Source of the DNA: a virus
Lineage: Duplodnaviria > Caudoviricetes
Virus record (IMG/VR): IMGVR_UViG_3300042808_000082
Location: 1-48,289 of that record
Strand: one strand, 5' to 3'
DNA length: 48,289 nt
A program made the position numbers and the translations under genes. The notes under the pieces were generated by a model. That model was not told where the DNA came from. It ran no database searches and worked only from the letters and a program-made list of their open reading frames with translations. This document shows positions 8,948 to 18,700 of this stretch, piece after piece. How positions within the stretch are numbered: position 1 is the stretch's first letter; each line of letters opens with the position of its first letter.

Positions 8948-10315
8948 ATGGCGTTTAAAGTAGGTGGTGGGAACAACGGCGACGTTGTGAGTAAAGCCGC
9001 GTTCGGCGGATACGGGATGTCTGGTCTGTTTGACAATGTTGACCTTATTGGAGAGGCTCTCTGGGCAGGTATTCCAAATGGGTCTCCGGTAGGTGTTCAG
9101 CAGATTCAGATGCAGCAGAAGGCTTTCAAGAAAGCCAAAGGGTCAGGCAAACAAGTTGCAATGATGCCGATGCTGGCACCTATCCAGGACCAGTTTGTGA
9201 AGAAAGCGATTTTCTGTGACTCTTTCATGGATGCCGACGAGATTGCACATCTCAGGAAGGCTAACAAGGAAGAGATGGACAAGATGACCAGGCAATACCT
9301 GGACCAGGTTATCAAGAAAGCAGATACGACTGAAAGCAACCTGATGCACGTCATTGCCGATGAACAGGTCACATATCTCTATAAACGACCATACCCGTTC
9401 CAGTCCCTTATTCCGGTTGAGGCTAATAAAGGCAAGTGGGCTGCGTGGGATGTCATTGGTCCATACGACATCACCAGTGCATACTTCGATAGTGAAGACC
9501 CGAAACTGACCGAAACTAACATGAAATCCTACAACCGGTTTGACCGGATTAGGTACATGTACACCGTGGGTCGGCTGACAAAGGCTGCACAACTTGCAGG
9601 ACTTACCCAGATTCCAGCACGAGACCTCCGGGCTATTCGTGTGGATATGGCACAGGACGCTCTGCGTGCGCTTCGTGAGAGGTCTATGCTTGGTGTTACT
9701 CGTAACCTGCAGTCAGTGAAGAACTACTTTGAAACTGCAGGACCACTGGAATATCCGGGTCTGTCAGAACTCATCATGAAGAACACCGGTGCTACCGGGT
9801 CTGGCGTGCTCAAGGACAGCACTTGGATTAATGCAGCAGACGTTGGTGGTATCAAGACGTTCACTGATATCAACTTCTACCTGGACGAGGTTTACAGCAA
9901 GATGGTGCTGTATGGAATGAAACCAAACCTCGCGCTGTGTGACTACAAGACCTTCGGTCTGATTCGCCGTGGTATGACTGACTTCATCCGATACATCGGA
10001 GAACCTGTCAAGACTATCGTACCTGGTGTTTCAAAGATTGACCTGGTGTTCCCCAACGAAGGAGCACTTCCGCTGGTTCCACATCCGTTCCTGTCAATGA
10101 TGCCAGGAGACAACGGCTGTATCATGCTCGCAGACACTCGCCTGCTTGCTCGCAGAACTCTCTGGCAGGACACGTACGAGAACCTGGCCAACATCAATAC
10201 CAGTGACAAGTTCGTGATTTCATCTGCAGAGACACTGATTGACAAGTCTGGCGTGTCTGAGTATGACTCACTGCACGGTGGTCTCTTTGGAATAACCATC
10301 AAAGGGAGAGTGTAA
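8948..10315 (+). CDS. Major capsid protein (HK97 fold inferred)
   Basis: 455 aa, 2 bp after the protease; helical N-terminal region, then capsid-like ALRALRERSMLG and YPGLSELI. Confidence 0.85.
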   Translation: MAFKVGGGNNGDVVSKAAFGGYGMSGLFDNVDLIGEALWAGIPNGSPVGVQQIQMQQKAFKKAKGSGKQVAMMPMLAPIQDQFVKKAIFCDSFMDADEIAHLRKANKEEMDKMTRQYLDQVIKKADTTESNLMHVIADEQVTYLYKRPYPFQSLIPVEANKGKWAAWDVIGPYDITSAYFDSEDPKLTETNMKSYNRFDRIRYMYTVGRLTKAAQLAGLTQIPARDLRAIRVDMAQDALRALRERSMLGVTRNLQSVKNYFETAGPLEYPGLSELIMKNTGATGSGVLKDSTWINAADVGGIKTFTDINFYLDEVYSKMVLYGMKPNLALCDYKTFGLIRRGMTDFIRYIGEPVKTIVPGVSKIDLVFPNEGALPLVPHPFLSMMPGDNGCIMLADTRLLARRTLWQDTYENLANINTSDKFVISSAETLIDKSGVSEYDSLHGGLFGITIKGRV

Positions 10316-10366
10316 AAATGGCTGATCACTTCGTTGCATCCCTGTTAAAAGGGGAGGAATATTAAC

Positions 10367-10921
10367 ATGGCTGAAATTACTGGTGCAAACTTCTGCCAGA
10401 TTGTTGGATACCCGGAGAACTATGTTGTCGCGAGCAAAGCCGCTCAAAACGACTACATTCTTTTCCCAGATCCAATGGTGCTGATTCAGTCTGCATATTT
10501 CGATACTGCAGTTGAAACATTTGCCCACGGGCTTATTACAACCGCATCAATTGACGAACTCGTCACTCAGGTGACATATTCCGGAGGGTCCGGGGTTCCG
10601 CGTCTCCAGGGTGACTACTTCCTCAAGATGGGTCATGAACTGGTCCATGTCAAGGCAGACACCGATGAGACGGCTGCGACTGGCACACTGACCATGGTCA
10701 GGGGGGCACTTGGCACGACACCCGCCTCGCATGATGCGGGTAGTGCATACATCCAGAACTGTCTGAAACTCACAGGTTCGACTACGGGCGATGTGAAAAT
10801 CCTGTATAAGGGAGTTCCAGCGTTCCGCGATGGACTCAACATGAGTGCGGCATCTAACCGCGTGTGGTCTTCAACTAACCCTAACCGGGTATATGGTAGT
10901 GATTATACAACCCCTGTATAA
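10367..10921 (+). CDS. Putative capsid-associated/decoration protein
   Basis: Strong GGAGG RBS; follows the capsid gene; E..V...RGALGTTPASHDAG virion beta-domain motif. Confidence 0.65.
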   Translation: MAEITGANFCQIVGYPENYVVASKAAQNDYILFPDPMVLIQSAYFDTAVETFAHGLITTASIDELVTQVTYSGGSGVPRLQGDYFLKMGHELVHVKADTDETAATGTLTMVRGALGTTPASHDAGSAYIQNCLKLTGSTTGDVKILYKGVPAFRDGLNMSAASNRVWSSTNPNRVYGSDYTTPV

Positions 10922-10946
10922 TACACTTTTAATTAACTTTCCCCCT

Positions 10947-11148
10947 CATTTCAAAATTTTTTGAAATCAATGATTATATGATCTATGATCATTATGATCA
11001 TGTACTCCCCTCCCCCGGCAACGCCGGGTAACGATTCTCACAGAACTATCACACGGAGGCCCAGGGGCCGACACGCAATATAATTCATTAATTATTATAT
11101 TGTACATTGTCCACTTGCGAATTTTCACATTTCAAAATGTTTTGAAAT
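10947..11148. promoter_or_regulatory. Non-coding element A: two 20-bp palindromes flanking a GATC cluster, C-tract and GC hairpins
   Basis: atttcaaaa-NN-ttttgaaat at 10948-10967 and 11129-11148; motifs shared with 33257-33430. Confidence 0.6.
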
Positions 11149-11191
11149 AGGTTTGTCAACTATTATTATATCAGGGGGTTAATTGGAATAC

Positions 11192-11329
11192 ATGGTTCCA
11201 TTTGATGATTCTGTCTTTGGCCGGCCTCTTGATGCAGAGGTCCGGGCAAAGGAAGAGAAGCCGGTGAAACAGACCTGGCTTCGCAAACAGTATGAACGGG
11301 TGAAATGTTTGCTCACGGGTTCAACATGA
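11192..11329 (+). CDS. 45-aa hypothetical protein
   Basis: MVPFDDSVFGRPL...; ATGA overlap with 11326. Confidence 0.55.
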   Translation: MVPFDDSVFGRPLDAEVRAKEEKPVKQTWLRKQYERVKCLLTGST

Positions 11330-12084
11330 GATTTTGTCTCATTGTTTTATTTTTAGTAATTCTGGTATCAGTTGGACAATCTGCAGTATTTACATCAAAG
11401 ATGTCTGCCCAGGGTCTCGGCTCGATGGTTGTGAATTCGGATCGCCAGTGGGCGTCCGGGGATAACCTTGGGAGAATCAATCCAGCCGACCAATATATCG
11501 GCGGGGATGCAATGTCGCAGTTGCTTACTGCCCCTGGTAATTACCAGTATCAATCGATTGAAACTGTAGATGCTACCCAGAACAACCGGTATACGAAGAC
11601 CGGGTTTACTAAATTTGAGAATGGAGGTACGTTTACTGAAACCTCGTCTGCGAACAAAAATGTTCCAAACCTGTCACCGATTCGGTGTGACACTGGTAGC
11701 ATGGGCCAGTCTGGCGGGTTTGTTTCAGGGAACCCGCCATCACATCAATGGATTTCTGGATCTGTTGGTGGTATACTGCAAAGTGCTGAAATCGATACCG
11801 CGAAGTTTACGAGCGATATGAACTGGTCTCTGTCTCAGCAGGCTGCATGGGATGGTGCCGGACTGTATACAGGTGAAACAATTATGGGTGCCCATGTGGG
11901 CGCTGATAGAAACTCGACTGTGGCGAACTACGATATGTGGGCACGAGATAAGTTCTTCACATCGACAAACACCACTGGAGGATCGATTGCGAGACCGGAA
12001 TGGTCTCTCATTGATTTTTCGGATTCGTTTGTATCGAATTCTTCAAGTAACGAGACAGTGAATATAACGGTGAACCAGTCATGA
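11326..12084 (+). CDS. Secreted protein with signal peptide and multiple N-glycosylation sequons
   Basis: MRFCLIVLFLVILVSVGQSA signal; S/T/G/N-rich; C-terminal NSSSNETVNITVNQS. Confidence 0.75.
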   Translation: MRFCLIVLFLVILVSVGQSAVFTSKMSAQGLGSMVVNSDRQWASGDNLGRINPADQYIGGDAMSQLLTAPGNYQYQSIETVDATQNNRYTKTGFTKFENGGTFTETSSANKNVPNLSPIRCDTGSMGQSGGFVSGNPPSHQWISGSVGGILQSAEIDTAKFTSDMNWSLSQQAAWDGAGLYTGETIMGAHVGADRNSTVANYDMWARDKFFTSTNTTGGSIARPEWSLIDFSDSFVSNSSSNETVNITVNQS

Positions 12085-12383
12085 TAGACTTTATTCCCAT
12101 TTTAACTGCCGTTGGAACGGGTGTAGCATACTCGCTCTTCTGGTATCTGAACAAAGTGGCAGACCCCACGGTTGAATCCCCGGACATTGATCCATACCCA
12201 ATTATCGCTACCGCTTGCGTGGGCGCATTTCTAGGGGGTATCAGTGTCCTAACTGGTGGCGAGTTGACCCAGGTATCGATTGAAGTGCAAATAGGTGCTT
12301 ACGGGTTCTTTATTGCAGTTATAGAAAGAACGTTGAAAACCGCAGTCCATTTATTGGAGTCGCGGTATGGAGTGATTAGTTAA
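12081..12383 (+). CDS. Holin-like membrane protein (about 3 TM segments)
   Basis: 100 aa with three hydrophobic segments, in the late operon. Confidence 0.55.
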   Translation: MIDFIPILTAVGTGVAYSLFWYLNKVADPTVESPDIDPYPIIATACVGAFLGGISVLTGGELTQVSIEVQIGAYGFFIAVIERTLKTAVHLLESRYGVIS

Positions 12384-12836
12384 ATGGCAGCACAAGGAGA
12401 ATGTAGAATTGTTGGTCTCGGGCTTTCGGAAGAGGATGCCAAGTATCGCTACGCAACTGCTGTATCTACCACGATACAGGAAATTGCAGCGACGACTGCT
12501 GGTAAGATTTTTGTTGCGCTTGAAGCACTTGTCCCTGGTGAAATCCGTCTTGGTCTTTCGGTTGACGGCATGGCAGTTGCAGCGTTTAACAACAAGATGG
12601 AAGGCGCTACGTATCTTAACCCTACACCGGAGCACCCGCAGTCTTATGCAGTAGACTTGCCGATGCGGATCATTGGTGACGAGTCAGGCACGTTTCCCAA
12701 ACCGCATACCATTACGGTGTATTGGGGGAAACCCGATTTGCGCAGCATTGGGTGGCAGGGTCGTGCAGACTTTACCCTGCTCATTACGGGTAAGTCGCCG
12801 GTTGTGAAATACAACCAGAAAACTGATGGCGATTAA
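12384..12836 (+). CDS. Hypothetical protein
   Basis: 150 aa, abuts the previous stop codon, followed by a T-tract. Confidence 0.7.
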   Translation: MAAQGECRIVGLGLSEEDAKYRYATAVSTTIQEIAATTAGKIFVALEALVPGEIRLGLSVDGMAVAAFNNKMEGATYLNPTPEHPQSYAVDLPMRIIGDESGTFPKPHTITVYWGKPDLRSIGWQGRADFTLLITGKSPVVKYNQKTDGD

Positions 12837-12877
12837 TTTCGCTTAACTTTTTTTATCTTCCCGATGTAATTCATTGG

Positions 12878-13243
12878 ATGCCAGATATCCCTCATTCTAT
12901 TAGAATTGAAAATATCGAAGAATTGATAAACGCCAAACATCGGTGTTCGAGCATTTCAGACATCACAGACATACGAATCGGTGTTGCCGAAATGGGAAAA
13001 GATATGATTAATTTGTCGGCGTTTTTTCAAGAACTGTCTGCAAAGATTGATGAGAATGCGGCAGAGCAAGCACGTAATTGGGAACGTAATTGGAATCGGC
13101 TTCAGGATCTTGAGAAATCTGAACTCATTCGAAGAGGGGCCAGTAAGTGGGAAGCATGGATTCTTGATGCTGCAAAATCTGTTCTTGTTGCCATTGTTGT
13201 AATAATCGCCGCGTATTTAATGAGCGGTGGCCATATTACTTAA
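12878..13243 (+). CDS. Coiled-coil protein with C-terminal membrane anchor
   Basis: Heptad-like core, then SVLVAIVVIIAAYL. Confidence 0.65.
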   Translation: MPDIPHSIRIENIEELINAKHRCSSISDITDIRIGVAEMGKDMINLSAFFQELSAKIDENAAEQARNWERNWNRLQDLEKSELIRRGASKWEAWILDAAKSVLVAIVVIIAAYLMSGGHIT

Positions 13244-13244
13244 T

Positions 13245-13979
13245 ATGGCTTATATTTCCCGACTTGACGTTGAAGCGTTCACCGGATTCGGGGCCGAAGA
13301 CATGCTCCAGGGTTCGCTTATCATGACTGCTTCCCAATGGGAAGACTATTGTTCCAACGACCTGATTCCCCGGGTAGAACAGATGGTCAACCGGTTCTGT
13401 GGTGTGGCTTCGTTTGAGACGCACACAGTGATAGAATACAGGAACTCTCCGGGCGAGATGGACTATCTTAACGACTATATGTCTTGGATGACTCCTGGTG
13501 GCCCTGGTGTGAATACTACGCAAGTTCCAGAGTTCATCCTGGTGGAACCCTGTATCCAGGTTGCAAGTGTTGCAATCAAACCCAATGCATGGATTGATGA
13601 GTGGACCGATTTGTCCCAGGTTGGTGTGGACGAAGGGAACTGGTATTCGATTACCCAGGACGAACTGACTCATGTATACATCAATTTGCTCCCCATGCAA
13701 GGAAACTCCAATATCAGGTTTACGTATACGGCGGGATACCCGGCAAATTCCGAACAGTTCAGGGAAATCCAGATGATTGTTCTCAGGATAATCAGAATAA
13801 ACCTGGAAGAAAAACTAAAGTTCCAGCAGGCGGGAACGATCCGGAATGTCGGGACGAAGGATTACGCGGAGATGTATGACATCAGCAAAGACAGGAACCA
13901 GGACCGATACTACATCCCAGAAGATATTGTCAACCAACTGAAACGGTATCGTCGTCTCTTGTTATCCCAGGTGATTTGA
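13245..13979 (+). CDS. Head-tail adaptor/connector protein
   Basis: MAYISRLDV start, VNRFCG, NIRFTYTAGYP and C-terminal LKRYRR, typical of gp6/gp15-like adaptors. Confidence 0.78.
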   Translation: MAYISRLDVEAFTGFGAEDMLQGSLIMTASQWEDYCSNDLIPRVEQMVNRFCGVASFETHTVIEYRNSPGEMDYLNDYMSWMTPGGPGVNTTQVPEFILVEPCIQVASVAIKPNAWIDEWTDLSQVGVDEGNWYSITQDELTHVYINLLPMQGNSNIRFTYTAGYPANSEQFREIQMIVLRIIRINLEEKLKFQQAGTIRNVGTKDYAEMYDISKDRNQDRYYIPEDIVNQLKRYRRLLLSQVI

Positions 13980-13980
13980 C

Positions 13981-14544
13981 ATGGCAATAGAACGCGGCGG
14001 GTCTCCGATAATCACTTCTGCAGGTCTTGTAGTGGCATCCCCGAATGCGCACCATGGGACGCATGTGTTTCGTTCAGCCACTAATTTTAATGTGGTTGTC
14101 GATGCGTTGGTGAGTTGTATCATCGATCATGCAGGGGATCTGGGTAATATTAAATACATTAAGGAATGGTGGGAGGAACCCGCGATAGTGGGTGAAACGG
14201 ATGAGTTCCCGTGTTTCTATATTCTTCCATTGCATCCTGATTCAACGAAGGTCGCAAAAGATGCTCCGTATAAGTCGGAACCATATATCGGCGACCCGTT
14301 GTCTATGACAACATACCCAATCACTCTTATGGGGTATTACAAGTATACGAATGTTCGGCATCCCGTTCGGGACGTTCGAAACTACGCATGGAACTTATGG
14401 GACATCCTATCAACCGACAAACGCACATATTGTCTTCCTGCTGGTCTCCAGGCAATGACTCCTGATGTTGGATGGCATATTGCTGGAACCAATTACGTTG
14501 TTCAGTGGTGGTCAATGCGACTAAAAATGTCTGCAATCCTCTAA
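13981..14544 (+). CDS. Tail completion/terminator-like protein
   Basis: Position before the tail tube gene; FPCFYI motif. Confidence 0.55.
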   Translation: MAIERGGSPIITSAGLVVASPNAHHGTHVFRSATNFNVVVDALVSCIIDHAGDLGNIKYIKEWWEEPAIVGETDEFPCFYILPLHPDSTKVAKDAPYKSEPYIGDPLSMTTYPITLMGYYKYTNVRHPVRDVRNYAWNLWDILSTDKRTYCLPAGLQAMTPDVGWHIAGTNYVVQWWSMRLKMSAIL

Positions 14545-14603
14545 AATTTCAAATAGGCATAAATCTTTTTTAAGCGATTTGGGTTTACCAAGGTTGTACA
14601 ACT

Positions 14604-15152
14604 ATGGCAGATATGTATAATGATCGGCGAGCATTCTTCGCCGACTACGGGGCTATGACGCTTACCGTCGCGTCTGATGACGGCACATTTCCTGAAGTGC
14701 AGGTTGCTGCACTGAAAGGGGTTTCCATTACACCAAAGTTTGAGCATGTGTCTCTCTATGGAATGGAACGTGTTACGAGAGCCGCAGTTGCAAAACATTC
14801 TCTCGCGGTTGACGTGTCCATGGAAGTCGCCATGTGGAACCCTGATTCTGATATTATTCTCCAGGGGGTTCTGCTTGGTCACATCTCTGGTGCTTCTCCG
14901 ATTACTGAAGCAAACATCAATGACGCTGCATGGAAGAACAAAGTGGCTCGGTTCACAATTTCCATGGACATGATCGATACTGACGCTCAGAGAAAGGTCA
15001 CGGTCACGGCATCCGATGTATACTTCGAGTCTGTCCCATACGAGATGAAGGAACACGAGTTCATTACTCGTAACTTGTCCGGGACCGGGAAGTCGGTGAG
15101 TGTTGCCAGATACATCACAGATGGATCTGGTGGATGGACTCTCCAGTCCTAA
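14604..15152 (+). CDS. Major tail tube protein
   Basis: 182 aa, beta-rich, upstream of the chaperone and tape-measure genes; no sheath gene seen. Confidence 0.72.
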   Translation: MADMYNDRRAFFADYGAMTLTVASDDGTFPEVQVAALKGVSITPKFEHVSLYGMERVTRAAVAKHSLAVDVSMEVAMWNPDSDIILQGVLLGHISGASPITEANINDAAWKNKVARFTISMDMIDTDAQRKVTVTASDVYFESVPYEMKEHEFITRNLSGTGKSVSVARYITDGSGGWTLQS

Positions 15153-15202
15153 ATTTAACGCACCCTTTTTTATTAATCGGCTCAATTACTCTGTTGAATA
15201 AC

Positions 15203-15607
15203 ATGGCAGAGTCAAAAGACCTGTTCAAGCGCCTTCAGGCTCTTGAATCAAAAGAACTCGACGACAATGAACTTGTCCAGAAGATCCTTTCTAATGAAGC
15301 GGATCGTCACCTGATCTTTGACCTGGCGGGTGTGCCAATCAAAATCGTTGCAGCGTTTCCACGGGCTGTCCGGTATTTCTACGAACAGAACCGGAAAAGA
15401 CCGAAAGACACTCCAATCGAGTTTTCAGAAGTAGAAGCAGATGCATACAAGATTGCTGCTCAGTTATGCATTGAAGCACCGTTCAACACTCCGGCGTTTT
15501 GGGAATATTATGACACAAAGACCGGGAAGTTCTGGGGTGTGTTTAACTCAATCTACGCCGGCGTGGAAAAGAGCGAAGAGAAGATAGGCGACTTTCGCAA
15601 AAAGTAA
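15203..15607 (+). CDS. Tail assembly chaperone (G)
   Basis: Between tail tube and tape measure; ends GAC TTT CGC AAA AAG TAA. Confidence 0.75.
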   Translation: MAESKDLFKRLQALESKELDDNELVQKILSNEADRHLIFDLAGVPIKIVAAFPRAVRYFYEQNRKRPKDTPIEFSEVEADAYKIAAQLCIEAPFNTPAFWEYYDTKTGKFWGVFNSIYAGVEKSEEKIGDFRKK

Positions 15608-15752
15608 TCTTGGAGAATTCATGTTTATGAAATGTCAGATGTTCAAACGAACGCCGTCAGGGAATTGGCCGTGTAGTATTGAAGAAGACATTTTCATAAG
15701 CGAGTCAATTGCGAACTATAATTCTAAGATGGCAGCACGACAGCAGGGGTAG
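15594..15752 (+). CDS. Tail assembly chaperone extension (T), reached by a +1 frameshift
   Basis: The +1 frame is open from TTT-CGC to TAG at 15752, 3 bp before the tape-measure start. Confidence 0.65.
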   Translation, partial: FAKSNLGEFMFMKCQMFKRTPSGNWPCSIEEDIFISESIANYNSKMAARQQG

Positions 15753-15755
15753 AGA

Positions 15756-18700
15756 ATGGCATCAAATCATCCAACAAGAGACCAGATTGCAGTTGAATTG
15801 TATCAGAGACCATTCTCTCAACTTTCTGTTGAAGCGAAATCGTCTGTAAACAAAGTCTATGGCATAATGCTCCAGACCATGCGGTCTGGTGGAGATCCGA
15901 AGCAACCTATCCGGGCTGCTGCTAACAGCGAAGCCATACTGATAGTAAAGCAACTGAAAGAGATTGCCGCCAACCCTGGCGACCAGATAACATTACCTAA
16001 AGGAGTCCTTGAAGACGCTGCCCGTGTTGTTAAGATGCATTATGAGGCACAGGGTAACAAGAAACCATTGAGTGCCGGTGACATCAATGCAATCAGACGA
16101 GAAGTCAAAGTAGTTTGGAGAACCGCGAACCCAGAAGTCGTAAAATGTGTTGCTGACTATCTGACGAACTCGAAAGGTAGATTTTCGGGCGTAGGTCCGA
16201 AGACTCTTCGGAGGAAGTTACGGTCTTTTCTTTCTTCGGACGAGTTAGAGAAAATATCCGATAAAGAAATTCTCTCTACCCGAGACATTACAATTTCGCA
16301 CTTGTTTGACAAATGGACCCATGGGAACCTCACATCATTTGTAAGACCCAAAGTAGAGGATCTCCTTGAACATGATGTCAAGCAACTCCAGAAGAAGACG
16401 AAAAAGATTCAGCCCGTAGGGATTGCCCAGGTTGAAGAGACTCTGAAATCGTTAGAGACTCTTCACAACATCCATAATTCTCCTACCAGGTCTTTTTCAA
16501 ACCCGTTTGTAAGACGGGCAATGTATAACCTGGGTCTTACCCCTGACCAGATTATATCGCCTACCACAAAAGAAGCCATGGGCGATGTGGTGAATGCTGC
16601 ACATGCCATGGCAATGAAGGTGGCGAAAGGCCACCCGAAACTTGGTGGTGGTATACTCATATCGAAGAACCCCAGACTTCACACCAGAGCATCATCAGAG
16701 TATCGAGAATCCATTCCAACACGAAATGTGCATTCTGGTATAGGTAAGAGGACGACCATAGCCTCGACCCGCTATAAGGGTCGGTATAGTGAAGGTTGGA
16801 AATATGATATCCCGTCCCGGTGGTCCGGTAGTGAAGATACTGAGAACCCGTTCGGGGGAAGTGCTCTTGGCACATGGTTAGAATCAGACGAAGTTAATTT
16901 CGGGTTTGACCCGAACGCAGAAGCAGAATACAATGGTGCAATAACTACTGCAGCATCAAAAGCGCTGCGTAATGCGTTCAAACGCCAGTATGGATATGAA
17001 GCATCGAATGCAGGATTCTCTACATTTCTTGATGATATCGAATACCGCTACGATAAACCGCTGTTGATTCCCGTGCGTCGTGCTGGTGGATTACCTACAC
17101 GGCACGATGCTGGCCCTAAACGAATCAACAATTTCTCAACCGGACTGATACCGCAACACGCTGGTTCGGTAACTGCTGCCGAAGAACGTATGGGGATTTC
17201 TCAACTTGCACTGCAGCAGCATGAAGAAGACATTGCAATGTATAATGAGAACCTGGAACTATACCAGTCCAGGTATGGGAACTCGTTGGGTGCCCGTCTT
17301 CTTGAAGGACATGTACCCCTGGATATTGCAGACCAGATAATGCGGTTGCCTGGAAAGGCACGGTGGGCAAAGGCAACCGAAGTTATTGATTGGTATTCGT
17401 CGGGATTGAAACGACATGAGACCGATATTTTTGGTTCGTCTCCTGGAATGAAGGTAGATGACTTCACTCCGTTCTCCCCGTTCCAGACTCTTGCAGGGCA
17501 CACTGAAAAGATTACCCCAAACAGCCCGTTAATGAAATCGGTTGCAAAATTTTATTCGTCGTATGAGAACGATGCTCCGACTGCTCTACCTGACGAGATT
17601 GCAAACGTGGTGTCTGATGTCGCCCATGGCAAGACATCGATCCCTGGCACCACCCGGGTGGGGATTGTAGGGTCGAAGGGTATCCAGGATCCTCGTCTCA
17701 TTAACAAGTGGCTGAAAGCAAATTGGGACGATTCCAAGTTGATGATAACGTCAACCGAAGTGGGGAAGAACGGACGACTGAAAGGAACCCCGGAATACAA
17801 TAATGAGAACTATGGTGCTGCGTTCCATGCGTCGAATTTTGCTCACCATAACAAGTTCTTGCAATATAAATTCCCTGTGCGGAGTGGTGGGAAGTACAAC
17901 AAAGACATGACTACTGCAGACGTTATTAATGCGTCTGATGAAGTTGTGGCTTTCTTTGATTCTCAATATCTTTCGGCATCCGATGTTACTCAGTTAAAGA
18001 AACTCCGGGATGCTATTGGAGATAAACCTGCACGGATCGTGTGGATGCCTTCAAAGATTGGGCCTTCTCCAGACATGAAGACCCAACAGTCGTTCCTGGG
18101 ATACTACCAGCAGCATATGTCAGGTATTCCACTTGAGGCAATTTACCCAGGTTCGTTGCCCAAGTCGCTCATGATGGACCTTGCCATGCAAGATATACCA
18201 CTAAAATACCTTGCCAAAGGTGGCCCACTTAAATCAAATGAGATGGCTATAGTAGGTGAGGCTGGCCCGGAATTGCTGGTTCCAGCCGGCGCAGGAGGCT
18301 TTAACGTGCTACCTAACAAAGACCTACGAAAACTATACAATGGGACAATCGGGTTATCGTCTGTAGCCCGTGACGTTACCGGAGAACCACAACCAGATGC
18401 CCATGATTATACTGACCCCGCGACAGGTGAAATTTGGCCGTCAGTAACCAAGATTATGTCTCTGGGCAAGAAGGCAAACATTGCGCCGTACTATGGATCT
18501 GTCGGCGATGTTGCCCACTATACTGCTGCTAAAGCACTTGGTGCACAACACGGGATAGATGTGTCTCATGTGAACCCACCAAAGGTGGTAGATGCAGCAG
18601 ACTACCATGGGAACGTCCATTCTGCAGCAGATATTGCAGCAGAGGGAACCCGGCTTGGTGAAGAGTTTGTAAAGATTGCAAACGACATTGGGTTCATTCC

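Noticed and set aside
10318-10365. 15-codon ORF between the capsid gene and the next gene
   Set aside because: Too short to support, and it contains the RBS of the downstream gene
15598-15604. -1 frameshift at C AAA AAG
   Set aside because: The heptamer is imperfect and the -1 frame stops after about 10 codons, whereas the +1 frame fills the gap to the next gene
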